The notes beneath the pieces were generated by a model, which saw only the letters and a list, made by a program, of their open reading frames with translations, ran no database searches and was not told where the DNA came from. Below, in pieces: positions 28,461 to 40,149 of a stretch of 64,000 nt of DNA (position 1 is its first letter; each line of letters starts with the position of its first letter). The DNA lies in NCBI GenBank assembly GCA_028023455.1, contig JAQFVV010000005.1, forward strand, positions 8,246,001 to 8,310,000, read 5' to 3'. The position numbers and the translations under genes were made by a program. Source of the stretch: Epiperipatus broadwayi. Lineage: Eukaryota > Animalia > Onychophora.

Positions 28461-29356
28461 ACAAACCATTCTTAACTGTAATCATTTTTGTTACCACTCC
28501 TGTCTTGCAAGTTTTTAATTAACACTTGATTTAATAGTAAATTTAAATGGTATATTCTGATCATCAGATAAGCAGAGTGCAAAATGAAAGCTATTCTGGT
28601 GAAAATGAGAAAAGAATTGCAGGGAGCTGCCAGTGTAAGAATCTTACAGCTTTCTATAAAAAGCTTTTGTACATGAAAAATTAAGACATCCCTTGATACT
28701 ACGCCCTACAGTGACTTTTAGAATTAATACAAGACCTAATATTATTTTCAGGGAAGCATGATAGTTGATGTGTACCACTACTTTTGAATGCTACCACAAA
28801 AATTTAAGAGGAGAAATGCAGGATTATATATATATGTTTATGTTATACAACATATTGATTACAATATTAACATTTGAATTCACCAAATGTATTTATTGCT
28901 CAATGTCAGTTTGTGAATTTACAGAAAAATTTACCATGGATTTATTGATATTTTTATCATGGATAATTAACATACCCTGTATCATGAGCAATACTGAAGT
29001 AATCAAGTTATATATATCAGTATTAAAAAAAAATTATATTTAACCATATGCAGGTAACACTGCTCTGTAGTACAAATCTATGAGAATGATTTTTTAAGAT
29101 GTTATTTTATGTCATGGTTTAAGTATTAATGGAAGTTAATGATAATTATCTTACAGATGGTTGTTTTAATATGATTATACATACTGTTTACCAAGTTGAT
29201 TAATTCACTGTCTGTGATGTACGTCAACTATGGTATATTTAAATTTGGTTATACCATATGAACAATATATATTTTAAAGATTTTTATGATATAAATGACC
29301 TGATCAAAATGAGGTATATTTTTACTACAATATATTATACATAGATTCACCTAGAT

Positions 29357-29850
29357 CAGGGGTGGGCAATTGTTTTGGCTTGGGGGCCGCATAGGTTGGC
29401 AGAGGGCCACATTGGGGGCCATTTTGGAAGTAAAGGTTAGCGGAGGGCTGCACCCTTTTTTCATGACCCAATAAACACACTGCTTTATTCTCTGTTTTAC
29501 CAAAAAAATATTTGTTTTGTCCATTCTTCATTAATCACACGACATTCATCACCGATTTTACATTTTTTCGGAGAGTTCATGGTTTCACTAAAGTTGGAAA
29601 TGTATATATTTGCTAATGCAAAGACAAAATTGAAATTAAACAGATCAACTGGAAAAGCACTGCACATTGTATCTACACTGCGCATGTGTAATGACATGGC
29701 CATCCTAGTGAAAAATACAAGACAAATCTTTGGTTGCACATGGGAAGGAAATCTCAGTTCAAGGTGGATTTTTCTGATTGTCTTGGTGGGCCACATAAAA
29801 ACTCTTAGAGGGCCGCATGTGGCCCTTGGGCCACTATTTGCCCACCCCTG
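29357..29850 (-). mobile_element. Non-autonomous hAT (Charlie/Buster-type) deletion derivative, 494 bp
   Basis: Perfect 13-bp TIRs CAGGGGTGGGCAA; perfect 8-bp TSD ACCTAGAT (29349-29356 and 29851-29858). Minus-strand KKCKIGDECRVINEEWT..FF..ENKAVCL matches the N-terminus of SPIN/GTF2IRD2-like transposases. Confidence 0.95.
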
Positions 29851-31461
29851 ACCTAGATACTTTATTGATAAATGATACATATATCTTGTTTATTCCAAAT
29901 AAATGTATTAATAAGTTGTTAAATTAATTTTCTTGTGTGTGTGTGTGTTTAAAACTTGTCTCCTTTAGTAATAAACTTTAGAATTTCTCATCATCATGAA
30001 AGATATTTATTTTATTTATATAATATGTCAGCATAAAGTTCAACATGACAAAACAAATCTGGAGAAATTAGTTTATTTTTATTTAAAGTATGTTTCAGCA
30101 TGGTGCATGATTATACCAGTTCAAAAAGTTATTTTATTTGATTGCCATCAATGTGAGATAGGAAAAATAAGAGAAGTCCTGAGAGGATTTAGTTGAGACT
30201 CAATAATAAAAAAGCTATGAGGGGATAGTCATATTTAAGCAAAACAACCTAAATGAGTAATAATCTAAATAAAAAAACAAAATTATATAGTTTTATGATT
30301 ATATGAGATAAAAAGTGTACTCAAGTGCCGGAGACTTACAAGTTTGAGATAAATCTAAAACAAAATTAAAGTATGAGAAAATTGGGGAAAAGTATTAAAA
30401 AATCATTTTCAGCATAAAAAGTTGTAATACATAAATGAATACAATATAATCAGAAATGGCACAATACAAGTAAAATGAAAAAAAGTACACAATTGGTGAT
30501 AAAAGTCCTTGAATGTTTATGAAAAAGATGGTAGAGAGATTATTTTTAAAGAGCCATGCAAGATGCTGAAGTAAATGAAAAGCCTAAGAATAAAAATGCA
30601 AGACAGAATAAAGAAAATGTTCCAACAAATTATGAAAGAAAGAAATCATAATAAAATAAGAACTGAAATGTTAGAGCATTTACATTTTAAAAAGAATGTC
30701 AAAACAAATAGAATTGAGAGTAGTTATGTTCAAATGTACAGAATTAATAATCAGAGAGAAAACAATTGAGAGGGCATGCATTGGAATAAAAAAAATGCAA
30801 TTATATGAAGATAAACATAAAAATGTAGTTTGAACAGTGCTGTAGGGAATGAGACTAGCAAGGGTCTAAATTTAGTTGAAAATCCTTACATAAATGTAGT
30901 GGAAAAAAGCAAAAATTGGCAACAAGGTAATAAAAAACACTTAAATATTTATATATTCACGGAATCACACATAGATATAGAAAAGATTTTATAGACTAGG
31001 ATGATAGAGGATTTTAAATTTGGGAGTGTGTTATGTCTGGAAGATAAAACAAAATGTAATGTAAATAAAAGAAAAAACCTTTCAAAAACTTCAAGAGAAA
31101 AGATTGGAAAAAGCTGTATTAAGTGAAAAATTGAAAGGCTCAATTGGATGTAAAACTGAAAGAAGAAATAAAAACAAACCTTATTATGAATGTGACAAAG
31201 GGTATTAAAAGATTATTGGTAATGTATATTATTTAAGGATTTGCAAGAAACTTTCCCAATTGTGTCAGAAAAATATTGATGTAGAAGCTATATTGATAGT
31301 ATAAATTAATATAATATGGACAAATGTGAATGTAGGCATTATAGTTAAAAATAATATTAATACTAGTATCACAAATGATTATTTGTATAAATACAAAATG
31401 AAAAAAAAAGGGAATTTTGCAAAAAGTAAAAATTGGTGTAAAATGTGATAATGAACAAATA

Positions 31462-32275
31462 TGAGAGAGGACCCCAAAACCAAAATTTATGATAAAAAAT
31501 TGTTTTTTACCATTAAGAGTTATACATTTAATCTCCTTCAAAGTACTATCCATATAACAATGCACCAGTCTAAACATATTTTTCACTTTTTGAAGTAGTT
31601 CACAAACACAAAGTGAAGCCTTTTAACACCTGTGGCATTTTTTTTCACTACTTCTAAGTCAGTAAAAAAAAAGGCATATTTTCATTCGAGAGAATAAAAA
31701 GTCACATGGTTAGAAATCAAGCAAATATATCTGAAAGATAAGATGTGTCGTGTTGCATTTAATTCAAAATTTTTTCACACTCAAGACTCCTTAGAGGAAT
31801 TGTTATGGTGAAACTTGCACTCCTCACTTTACCACAAATGGATGTTTACATTTTACCGCATCACCCAAACATTTCAGAACTTGTTGATAATATGTCTGAC
31901 AATTAAGAACTATGCTTTTCTGGGACATGGTGAATTTGACAATTTCATTAAATCATTTGTAAATTTGTGGTTTCCTCACAACAGATTTTTTATAGTCTGT
32001 TTCAAGCATTACAAGTTTTTTCTGCTACGTTCCCTAAAAAAAGCAGAATTTCAAATTATTCTAACTTTTCTGCCATTACAAAAAATTGCCAAATATGCAA
32101 AATATATGTTACAAAAAAAATGTGCTTCATGGCAACATGATTTTACACTATTAACATAATTTGGCAGATTGGTGCTAAAGGATTCTCACAAGAGGTATAT
32201 TACAGCAAAAGCATGTACAACAAGAGGAACACTTACCAAAAAAAAACAATTTTATTTTTGTTCCCCCCCCCCTCA
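31462..32275 (-). mobile_element. Internally deleted mariner element with degenerate TIRs and TA TSD
   Basis: Ends TA|tgagagaggaccccaaaa and ttgttcccccccccctca|TA. Minus-strand motifs: YYQQVLKCLGDAVK, FHHNNS (cf. HHDNA), PCDFLFSRMK (cf. PCDFFLFPRMK), KK*K..LDWCI...YFEGD*. Confidence 0.9.
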
Positions 32276-35200
32276 TATTCATGCTGATGAAACAATTCTG
32301 CAGATAATACTAAAAATTTAAAGAAAAAAAGTTTGCAGTCAGGATTTCAAAAAGAAAACTAAAATTGGCAAGAGTATTATAAACAAAAAAAGTCTGTCAA
32401 AATTTGAGTTATAAAAAATTGATAAAATTTATCACTTCTAATCAACAAAATTGAACCATAAAGACAATGGAGACAAAAGAATAAAATAAGTAAATCCATT
32501 TGAAAAGACTAAGTCTTCACAAAACTGATTGATCAGAGGATGAATATAGCTGTGCAACATCCTATGATGTGACATAATAAGATATAGTAAAAAAACTAGA
32601 GAATTCTGTGCTACCAGCAGAATATAAAACAGATCTAAATGGAATAATCACAAATAAAACAGAATCCATGGAGTTTGGTTTGTGTAAAATGTTGACTTTA
32701 TTAAAATGTTTCTTCTAATGAATTGAAGAAATGACTACAGAAATGTGAAAATGCAGATAAAATAAGATCACATAATTCATTTTATTATTAAAAATGGAGA
32801 TATGAAGCAGATATTTTACAGGCATTCATGGTGATTCTTAAAAAAGCAGAATAAAAAATAGTATATTTAAAGTTAGAAATTATTTAATATTCAACTAGTC
32901 ATGATTTTCTCAAAAATAACTTGTTGAATGTAATGGTCAGAAAAATTAAAAGGGTAGGAATGAAAATGGATCTAGGATAAGGAATGAAGAAAAGCAATAA
33001 ATGATTTATTATTATGGTTACAATTCGGAACAGTAACATTATTGTGATGATATTCTAGGATACATAATGCTCATCTAAAACATAAGGGCAGATTTTAGTA
33101 GAGTCTAGTTGTATATTAAATAATTTCTAACTTAAATATGTTAATTTCATAATCTGCTTTATTATTAAGAATTATCATGAATGCCCATAAAACATCCACT
33201 TAATAAATCCATTCTTAACATTAAAAAGTCAAGGTAACTAATATTACTTTTACAATAATTATCTTTTTGGTTTATTTCCATCTTTTTCTGTAAATACTCT
33301 TTCAAGAGAAGACAAACAAGAGTATCAGAGTGCCAATTATTTCCTTAAACCACACATCTAGTATTTATATAAAGTGAATAAATAAAATTATATAATCCCC
33401 ACTCAGTGTATTCAAGAATAGTCATAAAGCAAGTGTGATTTTTTTTTTATTAAGCACCCTAAATTAATTTTGATAAAATTTGTGCACAACACATTTCATC
33501 TTTAATTTCTATTTGTCAGTTTTTAGCATAAAGCAAATCAAATTTAATATAATAACTTATAACTCTTTTTTTATTTTCTCTTAAGGAATATTACTAAACA
33601 TTTTAATTAAAATTCTCTAATTACCTTTTAAAAATAAAAATATTTTCTTCAATATAAAATCATGAGCCAATCATATTTAGAATCCAATTTCTAAATATAA
33701 AAGCTGAAAATGTTATATTATTTAGTGTATTTACAGGAATGAAAATGTTTTTTTTTAAATATATATATATATTTTCATGTAATTTCAAAATTATGAATAA
33801 ATGAAGCGCTAGATGATATTACTGTAAAAAGTACTAAATTTCATCTAAAATTAAAAATTTAAGTACTTGACTATTTTTTTGCTAAAATTATTTGCAAATT
33901 CTAAAAAAAATATATTGCTACCAAAAATACATATTTCATTTATATCAAAATTTGAATTACAAGATTTTTCAGAGAGAAATATACAATAAATAAATGCATA
34001 TAATTACAACACATTTTGATTTTTTAAATATAATAAAAACAAAATATATTTTGCTATTATAAAATATATATATATATATTGTACTGGGTAGAGCATTTTA
34101 AGAATTGTGTTCACTTATGGGGAGTAAACAAAACTACGTATCATTTTAAACTCTTTAATTTTTATGCAGGCAAAAGTATAAGATTTCTATACAAAATGTG
34201 ATACAATATTTATTATTAATCCAATGCAATTTATGTATTGCTCCACCATGGTCCCTTAGGTAAAGAAAAACAATGCCTAAAAGGCACCTGTAACCAAGCC
34301 AGCAAATATATATGTGAAATATATCTAACTGACCACATTTGAAGGAAACAGATTTTCTCGGCTGCTGAATTTAAACCCCTATCATTCAAAGCACTTTTTT
34401 GTTTCAGAGTAAACTCCGGGTGCCAGTCAATTATCAAGGCAATTAACGCACTTTGAACAATGGCCACTAATTCGGCACCTAAGATATCCCAGACTAGCTC
34501 AGTCAAAAAGTACTACAATAACAAAATTATTTCTTTAGTGGTAAAAAGAACTGACCGACAGATATTAAGTTTAAAAGACAATTTATTTTAATTAAACATT
34601 ATTATTCTAAATTTAACTATTTTCTATAGGGATTTAATTAACTTATACAATGATAATGACATATAAGGACCACACATATACAATAGCAATATAATGTAAC
34701 AAAGGGTATTAAATAATATAAGGCATTTAACTAAATACATGTAATTAATATAAGATATACTAAAGCATTAACATATACATTTCACAAACACGCACATCAA
34801 TAGTTCGTTTATGCATGCTATAGAGTTCATTATTATTTGACTCTGGGAGGCTTCAAACTATTGCAATGGCTACTTTAAATGAAAATAAAAAAATGTTGTT
34901 ACCTAGGATTTTAGAACATGGATATTTCTTGCTGTTTGCTGCTTCTGATGAAAATATTTCTGACTGGTTAGATTTGAGGTTTTCTTGTGGAGATTTGATG
35001 CTTATTATTCCGAGGCATTTCTTTAAGATAATTAGGTATTGACAGCGGATTTTCAAGCTGTTAGGCAGGCATTATTTTCATGAGCAGGTTGGCTGTTTCA
35101 TCGGACACAGGCTAGAGCAAAGTAGTATGTTTCCGATGATGATTAACAATGCATGATGGATTCTGGATACATATTAGGCTGATCTAATTAATTGACTGAA

Positions 35201-36341
35201 CTGATCTGACTGCAATCTGAACTCTTTAATTAACTGTACTGAACTGATTGTTCGACCTGTTGTCACTTTGGTATCCTCCAGCTATATTTGTTGTTGAAAT
35301 TCCTTAGTTAAGCTTTTAATCCTATTGGTTTTAATTGCATTCCTCTGATAAGCTTTTAATTAGATGTTTTCATTTGATAGCCATTGCAAATTTATTATTG
35401 ATTTTTAATTAATAGCCATCACAAATTCTGTTTTACATTTTAACTCCTATATCATTTTTTAATATTTGACACGCACATATTTATATTATCAACACGCACA
35501 CATTTTACTATTCCTTATACTTACAATCATTCGTGATTAACACACATATATATTTGCATTTCTTTAAATTATGGGACAAGACTTTTTTTTCTTTAAATTA
35601 AATGCAAAAAAGATAATACAAATCTTTTATGTAAAAGATTTATATTTTAAACTGATATACTTTTAATTTTTCCCCCTTCCAATAAATTATTTGTACTTTT
35701 ATTTCAAACTATTAATAATAGAAAAAAAACTCTTTAGACTTTTATTCTTAACCTTTTGTTTAATAAAAAAAAACTCTTTAAACTTTTGGAGATTTCCTTT
35801 GCCCTTTTAAAATGAAAATTCTTTGAACCTTTCTAAATTTATTTCGACTTTTCAAACTGGTTGATAATTTATTTTAATAATTTTTAATTTTTTAACAAAA
35901 TTATTTACGTATGTACGATAGGATATCGGTACAATATATATATTAATCATTAATTTATTGGAATCTCTAATCAAACCATTGTAACAGCACAGGCATTTTT
36001 GAATTTAATGATTATTATTTTACTTGAAATATTTTAACATATTATTTATTTATACTTTAAATTTTATATTCCTAAGCCTATTTTATAATCAACACAATTT
36101 ATTATAAAAGGAAAATGTTTTACATTTTCCATGGCCTAGGTAAAAAAACCCAAATCAATTATTGCAAGTGAATACAATAACTATATTAAGAGGCCTTTAT
36201 TATATATAGTGTGTGCCAGTGAAAAGATGGCTGTGACTGGTTCTCTTCTGAAGCTGCCTGAATGCATTACATAGTTTAACTATTCAGTACAAATTTGAAG
36301 TATGTCTGGATCAATAGTTACAATGTCTATTATAATTCATA

Positions 36342-36500
36342 ATGAAACAATTCACTAATATTAAATTTTGCTTCAAACTGGGCAAAACTGCTATTCAAGC
36401 ATTTGAAATGATTCATATTGTGTACATCAGTGAAACCTATAAGTTTGCAAAAACATTTTCAAATGGTTTGCAAGATGTCAGGGACAGCACTAAAGACAGT
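36342..36500 (+). mobile_element. Mariner transposase 5' fragment (HTH region)
   Basis: MKQFTNIKFCFKLGKTAIQAFEMI...NIFKWFAR matches the mariner N-terminus EQRxxIKFCFKLGKxAxExFEM...VFxWFxRF. Confidence 0.82.
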
Positions 36501-36672
36501 TAGTGAAGGAATAAAATACATATTACATTTCATGTCATAACTGAGATATGCTAGTACATTAAATTTTTTGTGATGAATAGCTAAACTGCTTTATTAATAC
36601 AAGCATTGATTCAGAAATGATACTGCAAGCAGGTTAGAGAAAAAAGACAGTCATTTTTTCTCTGGTACATAC

Positions 36673-36707
<35 letters not shown>
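36673..36707 (+). repeat. Compound (CA)n(TA)n microsatellite
   Basis: Direct reading. Confidence 0.95.
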
Positions 36708-37290
36708 TTGAAATACCTCATAGCTACATTGTTTCAGCCACACACACTCTTTAAATAAAGAATAGCCTTTTTGCTGCAAAAATTTAAGCTCTTCTTTGTT
36801 TAAAGGAGGAATGTGGTTGAAACAAACTAGCTATAGAATGTTTCAAATATTTTATATAGATTTCAGCTACCATTAGAATCGCATTGTTGTTATATATATA
36901 TGTGTGTGTATTACTTTCTAAATCATTGCAAATATTTATTTTGAGAAAATAAGAAAAACTGCAAACAAAATGAAAAAATCTTATGGATTCTGAATAATTT
37001 TTTAACACTATTTATGGACTTTTAATTATTACTTTTATTTATAAATTTCTGTTTATAGTTGTGTTTAAACAACTGTACTATTTGTAAGGGTGACAAATTT
37101 TTTATTGGTAGTTAACATAATGCAACAGTTTTTTACATTGATTTCTATCCATAAATAAATACATGTAACATATTTAAGAAAAACAGATAATAAAGGAAAT
37201 AATTTGTAATACTTCATATATATATATAATAATTAAATACACTGTTCTGCATGGTTTAACATATTGGCAAAGTGGCAGATTTAGAAGTAG

Positions 37291-38910
37291 TGCGACACGA
37301 CAACTTTCTTTCTTCCCCTACTAACTGAATTTTAGTTATTAGAATCGTCGTCGAGGGCGCCACCAAGGATTTCTCTCTTGGAACCTGGTCACGTAACTTT
37401 ACATAAACCTGGTCTTTATTTATTTTCGAACGATGATTCACTGATTATAAACTTTGATTATAATCTCACAGGGGTTTTCCTTTAAGAACACTAACTAATT
37501 ATTATAAATAATTCAAGAATTCAAGAATACGTTGGACAAAAAAAACTTTTAATTTCTTTTACTACTATTTATTATTAATAACCTTATAATTCTATCCGAT
37601 CCAGAAAGAACTGACTTACAATTTCTGATTTTCCCTCTGTTTACTTTCTAATTATGCTTCCCAAATATTTACCATAGATTTACTCGCGCCTACACTAATA
37701 CTGCGAATTCTAGCAGACGTGTATATAAGACGACTTATAGTATTTTTAATCTTCCCTGAAGTTTATTTTTAAACTCCACTTTCTTTGGTAAATAAATAAA
37801 TTGCAAAAATCTTACAATGAACGTATAAGTGTCTTTCGTTTTCTTATACTTTCAATTCTTTCCTTATTTTCTACTAACAAACGAGTAACGCCCCAAGGTT
37901 CTCTGTTACTTGGCGATGCACTTTTATACCCCCACCCTGTTGTTACTCTCTAGATCGAATAGATATTAAATAATTTAAAATACAGTTATTCCAATATTTC
38001 AAAAAATATTGAACGAAAATTAACATTAATAGATTGCAATATTAAACAAATTTATTTTCCCCCCTCTATTGTTGAAACATTCGTAATAAACATAATAAAT
38101 GAAAATTAAATTAAAGATAAAGTTCTATTACGCTTTACTTAGAGTTCTCATTAATTAAAAGTTTATAATTACCCTGATCGATCAGAGCGGAGTGGCCTGA
38201 TTTTCATAGGTTTTACATTCCATTGGTCGTGCCTTTGTCCTTGTACATGCGAATTCCATGAGTGTTCCTTTAGTTGTCCGGCTAGCAATATCCGTTTCTT
38301 CCATTCCATAACTCTCTCGATAGCTTCATTCAGATGGAGTGGCGGTCAATTCCCCAAAGGGGAAGGTTGTGATAACTTTAGCCGCTATACATTTGACAAG
38401 AGTCCGCAAAATTAAATTTCAATAATAATAATTTTTATTGTTCGAAACACAGCTGCTTTCTTTATTGTCCTTGCTGGTCTCTAAAGTCAAGTCAACTGAT
38501 CTAACTCTAAAAGCGATCTTATCTCCACTCTTTCTTATCTTTTTTTTTTAATTAGCGTAATAGCAATTACTAACCAAATATTTTTACTTTGTGAAAGTTT
38601 CAACAATAGAGTATAATTACTACCAAGAATCTAATTTTGTTTTCTTTTCCCCACCCTTTTATCTCTCGAATTTTTCTCCCTTTTAATTAAACACTTTTAA
38701 CATTTTTTTTTTTTATTAAATTATATTCAATTTTATTTGTTTATTTCAAAATAAAAGTTCAAAATTTTTACTCTTTCCATTAAATCAAAACCATTTGTTA
38801 ATTAATTTTTTTTTTCATTTTACAAACTATTTAACTTCAAAAATATTTATGACAAATTATAAATATGTGAGCTTATATATATATATGAGCTGACTTAAAA
38901 TATCAGCTCA
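37291..38910 (-). repeat. 3' LTR (1620 bp)
   Basis: Differs from 40150-41764 by 7 substitutions, one 8-bp duplication (ttcaagaa) and 3 homopolymer length changes (hand alignment). Confidence 0.96.
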
Positions 38911-38936
38911 TTGCCCCATTTGTCATAAAAAAAACT

Positions 38937-39940
38937 TTAATTGCCCCGCGGTGACTTGTCCCAACTTTTCTTGGGGTTATAGTTACTCGTACTCGTGGGT
39001 TCGTTACAGTTCTCCCATCTAACTTTACTTTCTCCACCTACCCCCTGGTCCTCCCATTCTATATCTTGTAATATTTCTAATGCTTCCTCAATGGATAACC
39101 GACGGTTTTCGGCCAACTTACGTTGCACACTTGACGGAAGGTTAAATCTGATAGTTCGCACTATCTGGAATTGATCCATCGGATATGCCTCCAAGGCTCT
39201 CAATTTTGCCGCTTGACGTTGAAAAAACTGACTGTACGTACCGTCTTTGTCCGCTTTATACTTTTCTTGCGATATCTTCATGCGTACGGTTTCTTGTTTC
39301 TCAACGCTCCAAAACCCTCGCAAAATCATAGTTCGATATTCTTGGAATGTAGGGGGTTTGTAATTTACCGCCTTCCACCATTCCCTAGCGGCACCACTCA
39401 AATGGCTCGTTGCTATTATGATCTTCTCTTTTTCTTTCGACCTATGGATGTAGAAAAAATCATCTAGACTGTCCAGGTAGTCAAAGGGGCTTTCCTCCCT
39501 TTCCCCTTTAAATGTTTTTATGTGTATAAATTTCACCAACGTGACCCTATCGAACTCTTCTTCTCCAGATTCGTTGAGCTTTCTTTCCATTACCTCTTTC
39601 TCTCGGTTTATTTGTATAGCCTTCTTGTTCGGGATTTCTTTAGTTTCCCCTGTAAACTGCTCTGTCTCTTCGTTTTCTGTCTTTTCTTCCTCTTTACTGA
39701 CTTTATGGTCCGCTGGGTCTATGACTTCCTTTTTTTTTCATTGTTCCTATTCTTTTCCCTCTCTTTTAATTCATTCACATCTTTCCTCAATTCTTGTATC
39801 ATGCCTTTCATTTCTTTACGGTCTTCCATTACAATTTCTTTGAGCTCAGCGATAGCTTTCAATATTTCTTGCAACTGACACCGCTCGAGGTTTTTAAATG
39901 TTACCACCGGGCTTTCCATGCTACTTTCGTCCTCACTCAT
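38937..39940 (-). CDS. gag: Gag (about 334 aa if rejoined): N-terminal coiled coil, acidic linker, retrotransposon/Arc-like capsid domain; -1 frameshift in an A9 run; no CCHC knuckle
   Basis: ORF 39719-39940 (heptad-rich) joins ORF 38937-39590 through a stop-free -1 frame (EKKKEVIDPADHKVSKEEEKTEN...). Capsid motifs: FKGEREESPFDYLDSLDDFF, HLSGAAREWW, TFQEYRTMILRGFWS, TYSQFFQRQ..L. Confidence 0.9.
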
Positions 39941-40149
39941 ATTTTATTCTTTTGTTTTATTTAATTTTATATTCGAACTCATAACCTTCCCTACGAGAAT
40001 ACTGACGTACCACCACCATCTGAAATCCACCACTCTTACTAAAAAATTTTTTTCTTTTTTTTTTAAACTCTGATCTCTGGGCGTTTCTCTTGTTAACTAG
40101 CCCGACACGTTGGAAGCGCTATTTTCTAACTTTCCCTCCCTCACTCCTC

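Noticed and set aside
37701-37716. ctgcgaattctagcag resembles the 3' end of the CPEB3 ribozyme
   Set aside because: Short word only; the upstream P1/P3/L3 elements are absent.
39171-39878. Plus-strand ORFs 39171-39467, 39520-39843 and 39522-39878 (Phe/Ser/Leu-rich)
   Set aside because: Antisense shadows of the purine-rich gag coding strand; no independent motif.
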